A DNA stretch of 63,458 bases, filler included, from Choristocarpus tenellus KU-1152 (GCA_964200185.2; 10 parts of 10 records of this genome joined end to end with filler, not necessarily neighbours in it), one strand, 5' to 3'. Shown: positions 25,019 to 38,973, counted from the first letter of the whole stretch. Translations and numbers: made by a program. The notes: a model not told the origin generated them from the sequence alone.

Positions 25019-26383
25019 GAGTCAAAGTATCTTAGATGGTAGAGCCGTGTCCGTTTGGGGGCTAAAGTCCACTGTTGCGATTTTGATGTAATTTTGGCTA
25101 TCATGTTTGTTAGGAAGTGTCAATATCCATGTTCCGGACATATCTTTTCATAACGTACACATTTTACCTACTCCAAAATGTTTTGAAGTAGGATGTTCGA
25201 AATACCTCGTATATAGTCGGGACTCTTGGTGCTTGCGAGTCCTGAAGAGGAATCAAGAGTTGTTGGTTGGTGCTCTCAGCATTTCTGTTATCAAGCTTGT
25301 AATGGCTCTTCTATCGGTGAGGATAGGATAAATATGTGAAGACAACTGAGAAAAGAGAAGTGAGCACTAAACTGAAAGGGCGGCCTTTGCTGATCCAAAG
25401 ATCAGGTGTGCAAGTGCATTCAAGAATCCATAACACTTCAAGTCCAGTTCAAACAGTCATGTTATACAACAATATATGCAATTTATTGTATAGATAAATA
25501 TTGTTGTACTTCAATCTAACCGCTCTAAGCGCTAAGTAGTATTGTGCTTGTTCTATTAGCCTGTATAATGCTACATAACTAGCTCCGTGGCTTCTCTGTC
25601 TTTGCCTTGCGCTCTGGACCTTGTATGTGGATTTTCTTGGCCTCTTGTACCTTGATTTCTGACACCCTCCCCTAATTTCTATTCTTTTGTATCAGCTTGA
25701 CACAAGATTAGACACTACAAGATAAAAAAATATATAAATCAATCATTAGCCTCACACAATTCACCTACAAAACGTGACTAAAAAATTGACCTTCAATGTG
25801 ATGTGTAGTATACTACACACTCATGTGGGTGAACACATCTCCCCAACTCATTGGAGGGTGTTGCAGGGAGTTGTAATGAACCAATTCCAACCAAACGAGG
25901 ATGCTCTTGCGAAGTTGAACATGCAGTGCATTGAACTATGCAGTGTTGCTGCAACCAAACCAACCAACGAAGATGCTGCGTTGAACTACGACTCGAACTA
26001 CAGGACAATGTGAACTTCTCTAGTCAATCGAGCAATCCACTCTGGGCGGCAAACCAGTTTCACACATATAACTTGCCCCTTGCGATCTTGTCTTGAATAT
26101 CGTTGTACAATTCCATTGNNNNNNNNNNCGATCTTGTCTTTAATCTACCCGCCCTAAGTGCTAAGTAGTATTGTGCTTGTTCTATTAGCCCGTAGAATGC
26201 TACAGAACTAGCTCTGTGGTTTCTCTGTCTTTGCCTTGCGTTCTGGAACTTGTACATGGACTTTCTTGACCTCTTGCACCTTGATTTCTGACATAGGAAA
26301 ATGTCATAAAAGCCCATGGGAGGAAGCCAAGGCCCAAACGAATAAACAGGGCAAAATCCGTACCCTCCAAGATACTTTCACTC
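25019..26383 (+). mobile_element. MITE family A, split by an LTR-element insertion
   Basis: Left part 25019-25193 and right part 26294-26383 join colinearly with the intact copies. Confidence 0.9.
25194..26293 (-). mobile_element. Small non-coding LTR retroelement (TRIM-like) with TAGGA 5-bp TSD
   Basis: TG...CA ends, with TAGGA at 25189-25193 and 26294-26298. LTR starts are repeated at 25664 and 26293 (about 16 mismatches in about 154 nt by eye). A polypurine tract AGGGGAGGG (25665-25673) abuts the 471-bp 3' LTR at 25194-25664. Confidence 0.85.
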
Positions 26384-26439
26384 AGAGTCAGTTTGCATCT
26401 GGCTTGATCTGAATATACACTTGTTCCTTCTGAAACACA

Positions 26440-29400
26440 CCTTCAAAAGTTACAAAGGATACATCTCTGACGTGGCCTAAAATAAATGGGTCCTCTGATC
26501 CAACCTTTCCAATCACAAACATGTCCTTTGATTGCCTGTCCTATGGCCCCCAAGCACAAAGCATACTCAAGGTTGCTAGTGCATAAAGCAAGCAATGACA
26601 AAAATAAATAAATAAATAATTGGTAATGAGAGCAACAAAACAAAAAAATGAGAGAAAGAAAAATATAAAAAAGAAAAGAAAAAGAAAAGGTAAAAATGGA
26701 ATAAATGTAAAATAATTTCTTCAAAAAGACAGAAGTGTAAGATAGTCTTAAAACAAAGACGAAAAGAAAAGAAATAAAAATAAAAAACACCGTAGAAAGC
26801 ATCTGTATGCTTTGATGCGTACAGCTAATTGGTTCAAACTTCTGTTATCCTGCCTTCCTTTCTGTATCTATGACTATCGATACCTTATCCCCTTATTCTG
26901 GCATGCTTAACTGGTCCTCACCTTGTCTTTCGGGCATACAGTTGTTACCTGTTGGAACATCTTTGGGAGAAGCAACTCATTTCGCTCTTGTTTAATTCCT
27001 CCCAATCTCCATTAAACTGTACCCTCCAGTAAGGTGACTTGGAGTCGAAAACTGTGTCTGTGTACCACTTGTCTCACCCTCTCTCATCTTTCCATGGCTT
27101 CTTGACAGTGGTACCTGTCGGGACAAGAATTTTTCTCGGCAGAGGATGTCAGTTGGGCGCGATATTGTGTTAGGATTGTTAAGATCCCAGAGGGCATGAA
27201 AAAACATCCAACTGTAGCGGGATAAAGCTGTCCATTGCTTCTGTTTCTGTTATCCAATCTGACAACTTTCCATTCAAGTACTTTCCTTTGTACTCCCAAT
27301 GCCACACATTGGATGGTGACAGTACGACCTTTCTGTCTGTTAGTGTATGCATTGGTGTGGCTACCACAGATTCTGCTGCTGAACCTAGGTCCGATTCCCA
27401 CACCATTTAGGCGTATTCGTCTTGGAAGCTATGTCCCAAGTGAATGGGTCTTACATGGAATGGTTTCACATGAGAGGCATGAATGCTACGTGAGCGTGTT
27501 TGCCTACCTAGCAATTCTACTGTAGTGCTGCTGCTCTTGTGTGAAAATTCCTTTATTGTCCATTATTCTGTCCATCTTTCATGAACTAGCTTCTTAACCA
27601 TTCTTGTCTCACCTAGTTTTTCCCCATGGATAGAGATGTCTGCTTCTTTCACTAAGATGAGGTCACCTGGCTTTGATCCCAGTCCTGGAGAAGACCTGGC
27701 AATCATAGCATTGGCTCTATCCCTGTTTTTTTTTGCCTTGCAGACATCTGTCTCCCTAGTACCTCTCGTACCTCTCTAAAATTCTGTCTGAGCTGCTCAA
27801 TGAAGTAATCCAATCTTCCAACACCTATGTCTCCATCCAACTTGGGTATTAGGGCATCCAGCTGTGTACGAGGATCACAACCAAATAAGAATCAAAAGGG
27901 AGTCGGATTGAGAGGGTCAGATGGATCTGGAGTGGTGCGTTGTGCCCAACATGCTGGGGATACATGCTCATCCCATCTATCCGGCCACTTCACACATAAT
28001 GTTTCACTATATCTCCTGTGAACTCCCCCCCTGCATCACTACAAATCAACAGAGGCATCCCAAATGTGAGGCACAGCTCCAACAAGTTCGTTGCTACTCC
28101 AGCTGCTTTTTTCGACATCATTGGGAATGCAAAAGGGAATATTGAAGCTCTAACAATCACAATTAATAGATAATTGTTGCCTTTTGCTGATATGTGTCCT
28201 ACAGATCCATCTCCAGTACGTCCCATAGCTCTAAAAAATTAGCTGGTGGCATTGCTACCCGTGCATTCCTTATTCTCTTGCATCTGCAGCAGCCACAGGA
28301 GAGAACATAATCCTGTGTATCTCTGTGGGGTGAGGGCCAGAAAAGGTATCTTCGGGTTAGAGCTACTGTGCGGCGCACACCCTGGTGGCTACTCTGCAGG
28401 TGTACTAGTGCCAAGATATCTGACACTAGTGAACGAGGAAGTGTTAGCCTAGGTGGCTGTTCTCCATGAGTGTACCACATCAATTCCTTGTCATCTGGGG
28501 AATACGATTCCACATCCATACTCCCTGTTCCCGAATCTAGTGTTATCTTTCAATGTTCTTGACCCTTGAGGATGCCCCTTATGCTGCCCAGGAAGGGATA
28601 TTTCCTCTGTCTCTCCACAAGGTCTGGCATGTCTGTAAGAGTAGCTATGGCTCTCTTGAGGGTGGGGTGATACTGAATCATCTCTCTCATTCCAACTGCT
28701 TGGTCTCTTCTCCCGCTGTTCCCTTTGCTGCTACCTTTTCTTCATGGGTAACCGGGTCTAAAGGTAGCCATCCAACAGTGTTGGGTGTATTAGATGGAGG
28801 AAGAGGTTGCTTTGAGGCAAGAGTCAGATCTATGCTAGGTATCTTATCTAGGGACATCCAACCAGAGGGAGGGGGTATAGGCATTGATAGACTTCGATCT
28901 TCTTGGGGTCTGCTGGGTGTTAGGCAACTTCAACACTTGAGTTACGACTATCACCTTCTGTGTGGTACCAATCGTTTCCCAAAGTGTCTTGTTTGTTAGC
29001 CCTAGACTAGGTTCTTCATATAATGTAGGAGAACATTCTACATCTGAATCCCCTAAAGCACAGAGAGAGATAGGGAGCATTGTGGGATGGCCTGGGTAAA
29101 GGTCTGATGCGCCCAAGCCCTGCAAACATACACCACCAAAGATGGGTCCTCTCGGTCCGGCGTAGTTCTTACAACATGCTACTGAAGGATCATCAGGAAA
29201 GGAATCATTGATGTCCAAACCTGATGCAGCTAGCGGAGAGAGTCATGACAGTTCGTTTGGTAGCTGGTGCTTTGAACCTGCTCGCCACTTCAGTTCCATG
29301 TGATGGTCCATGAGGCGAAGGGCCCACCTGTGGAGCTTGGGGCTAAGTTCGTGACTCTCAAGGAGCCAAGTCAGGACTGAGCAATCAGTAATTTAAGTGA

Positions 29401-29530
29401 ATATCCTCCCCCAAATGTAGAGTGGAAGTGTTCGACAGCCCATAGGATAAGCCATGCATTCTCTATCAGTAGATGCTTTTCTACTATCTCTTCTAGACCA
29501 TCTATGACCAGCATATGCTCTAGACTGGTC
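26440..29530 (-). mobile_element. Ty3/gypsy pol relic: RNase H, integrase, chromodomain-like tail and 3' non-coding region
   Basis: RNase H ITDCSVLTWL...KLHRWALRL (~29300-29400); integrase zinc finger LALVH...HQGVRRT...FWP...YVLSCGC; core GNNYLLIVI...FGMPLLICSDAGGEFT; tail KGKYLNGKLSDWITE. RH-before-INT order indicates gypsy. Multiple stops and frameshifts. Confidence 0.92.
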
Positions 29531-32500
29531 AACATGTCAATAAGCTCCTTACCAGCGACAAACTACACCATGCGCGAGAAAATTGAGCCAAACTAATTGA
29601 GAGGTGGACAGGTTTGTACCCTTTCGCAATCTAAGTAATCTTTCTTGACCCTGTGAAATACACCCTATTTCATTGCTTAAGGGGCACAATAATATATGCA
29701 AAATTGATACTCCGCCCTCACTACACACAAAGTGACACCACACAATTCATGAAAGGCTCTTTTTGCAATTGTACAAAATGTCCTCTGTAAGGATCCTTCA
29801 AGTGACTGACCCCCCACATATCTCTCTCAGTTTGATTCATTCCTATTTTGATCCCTCTCACTGAATTGAATGGAAAAAAAAAGTGAGAAATACAGGAAAT
29901 ATCAGTTGGGCTTTCATTTCAGTAAGCTTCTCTAATTTGAAAATATTTGACGTTATTTGTGTATCTAGTATAGTCTTGTTTGAGACATACAGTGTCACTA
30001 CAAAATAGACTTTCTTGAGACACGTGATGCATTTCAAATCAGATACGCTAGGCAGGAGGGGAAGAAGAGGCCTGGCAGTCTCTTGGGATGTTTCCTTAGC
30101 TCATTTGCCATCTTTGTACAGCTAAGCTAGATTAGAAGTATAGCAGTGTTCTTGTAGAGAACAAAAATAAAATGGACGTCGTGTATGGCACTATTTGACA
30201 GAATCTGATAAGCAAACACGACCTGCTATAATATAATGGATTGATACCAATGTCTAAAAACTCATCTTCATCCCTCCATCACGTGGGGAACATTTGCTAC
30301 CAAGTTTATATATATCGTCTTTGTTGCTCAAAAAGACATGCTTTTGAATATTTTCTAGCAAAGGAGAAACTATCACACTTGCTAAAGTGTTCTTGAGTGC
30401 CTAGTTGGATACCCGTGTGAGACACCGAATCGCAAAAAAAGTGATCTGAACGGTTTTGATCGAAAGCAGGAATAGAGGAGTGGTTTTCAACTGGTTTTTA
30501 AATGTGATTTTGTGCTTTGCTCGTGAATCAGTAAATCACGTACCTCAATTCATGCACTATCTGTAGACATTGGTTATTTTTGAGTGCATCGAAACCTTTG
30601 ATCCGATCCAACTTTCACTAATAAATGCATTTGATTCACAACAATAAACAAATCTGTTGAGTGAGGTAGTAATACACAATGGAGCAAAGAAGAAATATAT
30701 ATTTTCTTCCTTGTCAAGAGAGCGAGGAGATCAGATTGTCCTTAATCTTCTCCTTAGGTCTCTTGGCAACTCTTGTTGAGAAGTAATCCAAAGCAAAAAA
30801 CTAAGGCAGCATGAATGAGCAAAGCAGGGATCAACTTCCTCCAGACAAGAGTAATGAAATGTACTTCATTACCATCACCATTGTTTCAGAAGAGCAAACA
30901 AGAGTTATCTTACACAGGGCATGGTATAAACCATAAATCAGAGATTTTGCCACTTCAGAGGAAACTTACACACTCCAACTACTACCTAATACTCCACACC
31001 TTCCAATGCAAGAAAAAACAGGAATTACAAGTAAGTACAACAAAGTCACCATGCGTATGTAAATCAATCAATGCAAGGGTAAAGAAAAAAGTAGATAGGT
31101 AAGAAATACTCTTCTTTGGTGTTCCCCAATTCAGTTTGAATTAATCTTGCATCTCCTCTAACTCTTTAGTACACAGAAAAAACTCAACATCTTACATTCA
31201 TACATCAATTCACAGCCATAGCCACAAACACAGTATGATCTATGTGTTGACACACACCACACGGACCCCAAACATTTGACCTCCTCGAGGAAAATTGATC
31301 TACAAAATATTTTGTACGTCCCCCACTCTTCACAATTTTCTTCCAGCCTTGCTTTTCTCTTGGTTTACCTCAATGCAGCTAGTCTCTCCCACACACACAT
31401 TTCTTGAAGAGTACACACAATCCCCTCATACAACATGCTCTTCTCTTCATATCACAAAAAGTTGGCTGAAGATGTTGGCTTTGTTGTCTTTTGTTGGGCT
31501 GTGTGCATGTAGGGTGCTGAATGCAGCTACAGAAGTAAACAGTTCCTGTAACCACTGCGACCCTTCTCACATGTTGCTAGAAGGAGACACTAGTAAATCT
31601 ATCTTTGACTCTTGCCACCCCTTCTCCACCCTTATCATCTGCCAGTGCATTAAGTGCTGAGATATGTGCCGTGGATCATGGTGATTAATCACATCACGAC
31701 CAATTGAAACCAGAAACCAAGGAGTAAATTTGGATGGTTGTATTCTCGTATGAATATGCCTTATGATAGCTCTGCTCATAGCGCTGGGCAGTAGGAATCT
31801 GCGCACAATTTGATTAGAAATGAATACATAAAAAAATTGTGACCCAATCCGACTTACACTCAATAAAGGTTTTGATTCACAACGTTAATCACGACAACAA
31901 AAGAGGCTACCGTGATCGAACCCCATGAACCCCATTCCCTCAGCTTTCTTGCACTACACATGAGCACTCATCATGTTTTCGTGGGCATGTATACCCCACC
32001 TGCCCTACTAACCCATGTTGGTGCCTCTGGCCTGTACCCGGGTGGCAAACTCACTCGAGGGGGACTGAGAAGATTCAGGCATTGATTAGCAACAAGGAGG
32101 CAAGGGGTGAGGATGATCAGCTAGGTAAGGCAGGATTTTAACGGGGTGCAGGGATGGAGCTACCTCAAATGGGAGAAGGGATTGTGTGAATTATGAGAAA
32201 CAAAAGGTTCAGCACAAACTACAGTGTGGTAGAGCAGAAAGCAATATTGTCAGGAGGTCCGCTGTCCTAAATACCCCTGTGAAGCAAATCATAGCTTCTT
32301 CATCCATCGTCACCCTCCCATTGATTGCATCAGTTTGAAAGGTGGTGTGGCAAAGAGGAGCTCCATACAGCAGGAGATTGGTAATGACTCCAATATTTTT
32401 GGTGAAATCTACTGACTGGCTCGATAGATCACTTTGGTTGCACACACTTGTGCCCCTCTCATCGGATATACACACATGCCTATGTTGTTTTAGTATATTT

Positions 32501-34163
32501 TGTCACGTGGAAGTTGTGAGTCTTATGAAAGTGGTTACAACTATCCGCAACTTGCCCTTAGTTTCACACATAAATACAGTTGCTATAGCAAAATGTTGTT
32601 CCACATCCGTGAAACAAAATCTTTGAGCTGCAGTGTAAGGTTGGTTGTGTAACATCCCTATCACCAAGAGCATAAAGGAGACTGTGGCTGTGGTGGCAGT
32701 AGCCATGAAAACTGTCCTCACAAACCCTTTTAATTCTCGGAACCAAAATTTTCCAGAAAAGTAAGTTGATTTTTCACCTTTTTGACCACCTTCTACCATT
32801 GTGTTTGAACAGAGAATAAAAGATTGAATGATCAAACTCCTGGATATCAATAAGAAATATATATATATTTGCGTGACTTTGGGACAAAGACTTGAAATGA
32901 CACACCAACAATTTACTGAAATAAAACTACATTAGAGCTGTTTCCATGACATATGCATATAATGACATATCAATTTAGTCTCTAGGCATTTAAATCCCAG
33001 GTAGGTCCTTTTAGCATGCCCATGTTTGCCAGACGATCGACTTGATGGCACCCAATAACCAGCCAGACCACCGTGTCAAGTCCATTGATGGGCTAGAGTA
33101 CTATATTTATGATTTGGAGTGGATTCTAACGTGTTTGGCAAGATTCATTCATACTAAGAAAATATGACAAGAGCAGTTAGGGTCTGTCGCTACAGCAACA
33201 GTACTAATAGTGTGATACACTGTCAGGGAAAAACCATATGCATATATACAGCCACTGTAAACTCCAAACCACAAATTGGACTAAGAACTCTCATTAAAAA
33301 ATGCAGGTTGTCTGGTATTGACCTGTCCTGTGTACTGTGCTGCAATATGCTCTATACCATGACGACAAACTATGAAAAAAAATGTTCTCTTCGAGCAGGT
33401 TTCTTGTGGTAGGGTAGGGGCAGGGCACTACGTGTTCTCATTAGATGCAAAATGCCATAGGCCCCAACTAGTTATGTAGTAGTCAGATGATGAGACAATG
33501 TTTGGACATGGAAGAGTTAACCCTGTAAGGCACCACACTCTCTATTCCATTTAAGGGCACAGTCGAGAATCACACCCAATATGACAAAAGAGAGCATCCC
33601 AGTAAAAGGAAGAAAAAAAAAGGTCCATCAACTGCAATTCAAGACTTAGTCTACCACAATGGGACACAAACCTGGCATTTCCCACTTCATCAAACATATC
33701 ATGTGACCACATCCTTGCTCTGCTTGAGCTGTCATCCGACCTCTCCTGCAAGCTCAATAGACTGGAGTTGTCCTTGTGTGAGGCTGTGCTGCTGCCATAT
33801 CCAGCAATGACATTTGAAGTGTGCAAGTGCAAAAGTCTCCCACGTGAGTTGTGAACTGGGCTATGGCTTCGACTGAAGATCAGGCAAACAAATAATTTAC
33901 CATACGAGTGTGTGTGTGTGGGGGGGGGGGGGGTAGGGGAAGGGTGAATGGGTAGGGTTGAGAGGAAAAAATAACAGCTTGTAGTCTCGAACAAAGAATT
34001 ATGCTCATAAGTTTGGAGGGGAAAAATACAATACTTCTAGCATCTCTCCTCCTCCTCTAACCTGGATTGTTCTCCTATTAATAGTATGACATTGTACACA
34101 GCAAAGAAATATAAGAATAACACCGAGAGCTTTGAAAATGCCTCAATGTAGGGATCCTAATGT

Positions 34164-34318
34164 GGGTCAAAGTATGTAGGTGGGGGTGGCGGCTGTCCAC
34201 TCAGAGCCCACTTTTCCATGTCACGATTTTTGGGTGAATTTGGTTGCATGTGTCGGATGGATAATGTAAGTGCACTTCTCCCAGCTAGGGCCTGAACGGA
34301 CACCCTGGTGTAGACCCC
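34164..34318 (+). mobile_element. MITE family B, cut by a gap
   Basis: GGGTCAAAGTATG...GTCCAC...ATGTCACGATTTTTGGGTGAATTTGGTTGCA...GGTGTAGACCCC, colinear with 39721-39905. Confidence 0.85.
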
Positions 34319-34525
34319 NNNNNNNNNNNNNNNNNNNNNNNNNNNNNNNNNNNNNNNNNNNNTTAATTAATTAANNNNNNNNNNNNNNNNNNNNNNNNNN
34401 NNNNNNNNNNNNNNNNNNGGCCTCACGACCAAGACATGCGTGCCAAGTCGAGGAGGGAAGGCCAAAGGGGACTCATTTGGGGACCGGGATTCAATGTATT
34501 CATGGGTGTAGACGCCGGTTTGTAG

Positions 34526-35964
34526 GTTGGAGGACTGAAAGCTACTTGAGGGAAGGTTTCCAGATTCCAGAAAAAGATGAGTGGCCCCATTGGATCTCAG
34601 GCACAAGCTATGCTGCAGATGCCTACATCGAACATGGAGAAGTCGATGAGGAGGTTCGTGCCGTACTACCTATCCGTAAGGACGATTCCATTTTGTTGCT
34701 CTTTCCCTGAAAAAAATAGTTGGCTACCGGTCCGACTAGACCTGCACAGTGTAGGTTGAATAGAACTTGGGACCAAATCTACAACAGCCGTGACCTGACC
34801 GTGCTCCTATACGATGCCCACTTTCTGGCCGCAATGAACCCCATCGCTCAGCTGTTAAAGACTATCGAACCGGCACTAAAAGTACTGGGCGGGGTTGTGG
34901 AGACAATAGACACAACGAACAACGTCTTCACGTTCAAGGTGCGTTTACACTTTTTTACCAAGCTCGAAGTGTGTATATGCGAACCATGGCATTTGATTGA
35001 CATGCATCGCACTGAGAGCGAATTATCGCCTACTGCTGACAGCTATTGGTTTCATTCTATGCAATACATTGAACAAGGACAGGGATGTCCAACACTTCCA
35101 CCTCTTGCCATTTTTGAATGGGAGGGACCAAGCCAACCCCCAGCTCCGTGAGTGGTAGGGAACGCTCCAATTTTACAACAAAGTAGACCAACTTCATATT
35201 TTTTTATCAGCTTGATTGAAGTTAGCCGTAAGTCCTGCCGCGAATACGTTGTTCTCAGGGACGCCAATACTGCACTAATCGCACGTTTTCCCGGAATTGT
35301 GGGTAAAGAGCTCAATACTTCTGTAGTAGAAGAAAACTAATATTATTTGGGGAAGGGGGGTTATTTCCTAATCCCTTGCTTCAAAACTGCATTGTTGATT
35401 ATTTCTCAGTAATGCCCTCTGTCAAAATTACAGTTTGAATGAAACCGCATGATTTGCTCTAAATGGCTTGAATGTTCGTTGTAATCAACTATCGTGACTT
35501 GTGGGTGATACCAAGACGAGACTCTCGCTGAGAATTAAGTAATTCATTGGACTATGCGAATCACTTCCTCTTTAGGTACTAAGTAAGTAAATGTACCTAA
35601 GTTTTGCTCTAGATTACGCTTGTTTTTTTTCCTTCTCAACTGCGTGGAATCAAAACCGTGGGAGTATACTGCCCTCTTTTTTTTCAGGTGTGCAATTCCT
35701 CCTGCTTTATTTCTATTCATAGTTGATTGCTACACTGCGTCATCGTACCCATTCACCCCCCACCTTCTCGACATGGGTGCTTACTTGTCTCTACCTTTGC
35801 TTGTTGTTTCTGTTAACGTTTGGCCTCTTTTTCTGCAGTACAAGGGACACATACGCCACCAGGTTGGGATCGAGGCATATGCAAGGATGCTGATCCAGGA
35901 GATCCTCCCAGATTATGATGCAAAGATGGTAACGTACAGGAAACGAGATAATCGGGATCACTGA
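34526..35964 (+). CDS. 5'-partial gene with a NifU C-terminal-like domain lacking CxxC
   Basis: Exons ~34526-34653, 34852-34938 and 35839-35964 (GT-AG, phase 0): ...HGEVDEE|LLKTIEPALKVLGGVVETIDTTNNVFTFK|YKGHIRHQVGIEAYARMLIQEILPD... This resembles the NifU pattern V...L..IRPAL...GG.VE....V.L...G...GIE..L.E..P. The 5' boundary is uncertain. Confidence 0.6.
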
Positions 35965-38651
35965 AGCAGAGCAGACTAACCAAAGATTGACATCAACCCC
36001 AAACAGCAAGTTTGCTAATTTGTGAAGTGTCAAGTGTAACCTGTAGTAGGCTGGAACTGGATGGGGCAGCAGCTGTAACACAGGCAAGACTTGAGTGTCC
36101 AGGGTTACGTCAGTGTTGAGCAAGTGGCACTGAGGTTGGCGTGCACAGTATCACAAGATGTGCGCAAATGATATCGATTGCACATACAGAAATAGCCTGT
36201 ATTTGTCGCATGCTTCATCTCATCCTTAATTGTGATTTTGTGTGGTGTACCTACATCTTACTGCAATCACTTCGATCATACCATCCCTTACTCCGTCTGG
36301 TCTCTAGCATCTCAAACGAGATTGCCTGTCACTTGAATGTGAGGTATCTTTTCACTTGCTGACACGAAGCACGCAGCGCTTGATCCTTGTTCATAGTTTG
36401 ACTTGATATTTAGTTATATTATCTTGATGATTGCTTCCAAGTCATGTTATTACTGATGGCTTGGCACAAATGGTGCCATCTGTACCTGCATGTGTCCCAC
36501 CTCCTCGGCAAAAGCAGCTGCTAAAGCAGCAGAAGTAACGCAGCAGCACATCATGTTGATAAACAGCTGGTACCAAATATTCCACAGCCTGGAATGGAAG
36601 GCTTTGGAGGTAGGGCAAGCATACCTTCCAGTAGAGTGCCCAGAAGGTAGTAACGTACTATGTTGAGTTTTGCCAAATACACATTTGTGAAGAAGGCTAC
36701 CCTCACTGATATACAGAACTACAATATGTTGCTGCACTCGCTATTGGTGTATTTGAGTAGATGCTTGCAGCTACTACAGTGCATGTTTGTTCCAGGATTA
36801 GAGCAGTTGAAGAATTGGTTCAATTCACTGAACAGATACTTCATTACTCCACTCCAACCGTTGGATAGCATTGCAACATTTCCGTGGCCATGCAAGTCTA
36901 ATCCTCTCTTCTTCATCGCCCGCTGAAGATAATGTGCATGATGACGACAGCGCACTTCCAGAGTGAGCATGGTTTGAGTAGAAACTCCTGTACTCGCTTC
37001 TCATGTATGGACTGGCACCTCCAGGTTCTGCCTCATCAGTTACGATGAGAATGAAATTATCAGCCCTATTCTTCTATCCATTGTGCTGTCCATCAAATAC
37101 ATATCCTCTGAGAATGAATCTATTCCAAGCTCCTCCGCTCTGCATGCAAACACATATGATCTCTACATTGCACCTACCTGTGCTCTTGCTTTAACCAGAT
37201 CAGAAACACGTGTGATACATTAGCACAAGTAGCGGAAGTAGTGCAAACGAGGATTTAGGGGACATCGCTCCAACAGAAAGAATTACGCAATGGTCTACAT
37301 GTCACATTGAGCACATAGGATGCATTTGGCTGACGGTAGCATCCATTCCCATCAAAATGTATACTATATACTTAGGTCAGGTAGTGTTTGGCCTATTTGG
37401 ATGGGTACTACTGATATATATATATATATTATTATGAGGTAGTGCATATTCTCCACTTCGATGGATGCTACTGGTAGAGGGCCTGCGCTCGAGATCGACT
37501 TAGCCAAATATGCCAGCAATATGGGAAAGAATTAGGGTTGAGGTTTAGTCGGCAGTGTTATATTACCATGTGTAAGATTCATTGATGGATCTTCTCTTCG
37601 CATTCCGTACACTACTATCAGTAATAAACATGAAACTTCTGTCTGCACCCGACTTTGAAGTCCGTGAAAATTGGGAGTTTACCGCAACTACCTGTCGACA
37701 GAAGGGTCCTACTTTCTATTCACTCGCAAGGCGCGCACAAGGACTATTTTGAACCTGTCAAGTAAATGCATCATTATGATCTTGACATGCATATATTCCG
37801 CTGCGTACCTACACATTACTCGCAGACCATGTAAAGAAATGAATAAGGAAAACAATACAATCTGTCAAGGTAGGTAGCCGCCACTTGCACTGGTTGTCAT
37901 TCATTATCCTCAACGTCATGTCCATGGCGTAACGTTCAAGCGAGACTGTTGTCGTAAAGGTGTGTGTGTAGTCGATATACCATCCTTTAAGGGAATGTTG
38001 TAGTGTAGTCAGTATTCAAGTAGTAAATAGATTTTAGAGAGATTTCTTTCACATTTACGACAACTGTTACACTTTTACAAAGGTCCTTGTGACATTGGTT
38101 TGCCTTTTTACGTGACACATCTGCAAAATGTCAAGGTAGCTTTTAGAGTTGAAGTTATACTTAGTTGCCAATAAATCGAATCGAATAGTGTTGTGAAATT
38201 ATCGTTATGACTGAATTGGCACGACTTGTTTATATGATGGTTAATCCAACCGAAATCGAGATTGGGAAAGTTTTATTTGTCTCTATAATTTTCGGATATT
38301 TTCGGATATTTTCGTGTGAATGAGAAGACAGACGATTCAGGAGTGTCAATTCGTGTGTTGCGTGTTGGATTCCATATCGATAATTATAGTTTCTCTATTC
38401 ACTTCAACTTATACTCCAAGTATAATCATAATTCAAACAAGATACGATTTCGATCCACCAAATAAACCACAACCAAAAATTAAAGTTGAAGTTTACTACT
38501 CCTTCTGTTGTGCTTTAATAGTAGTTCACAATTGCAAAAAGATGGATGAACTCTTCAGCGATATTTTAATACTTGAGCTTACCATATTTCCAACAGAAAT
38601 AATCTAAAAATATTCCGTTCCAGACTTTTGATCTGCTGTTATTGTATGTTG

Positions 38652-38973
38652 GGCTCAAAGTATCTCGGGGGGGGGGGGTGGCGGTTGTCCATTTGCCCCC
38701 TTTTCAATGTCGTGATTTTGGGGTGAATTTGNNNNNNNCCACTTTTAGTGTGGTTTCTGTGTTGATGTGCGGAGGAGTCGAGATGCGTTGGGATATTTTT
38801 CTTTGACGGAGTGGTGGGGGTGGCGGTTGTCCATTTGCCCCATTTTCAATGTCGTGATTTTGGGGTGAATTTGGTTACATGCGTCAGATGGATGATGTTA
38901 GTGCGCTTCTCCTGGTCAAGGTCCTAATGGACACCATGGTGTAGACCCCCCACCCCCACAGAGACTTTGAGCC
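38652..38973 (+). mobile_element. MITE family B: partial (38652-38731) plus overlapping near-full copy (~38810-38973) around a 7-N gap
   Basis: GGCTCAAAGTATCTCGGGG...GAGACTTTGAGCC. The internal segment is duplicated either side of the small gap, possibly through assembly redundancy. Confidence 0.85.

Noticed and set aside
26443-26802. Hydrophobic F/L/I-rich ORFs (also 44900-45195) resembling membrane proteins
   Set aside because: They are translations of the T-rich 3' non-coding tract of the gypsy family.
30660-33900. Possible multi-exon membrane-protein gene on the minus strand (ORFs 33551-33994, 32503-32850, 31567-31863)
   Set aside because: Some segments look coding, but I found no recognisable domain and could not build a consistent exon chain.
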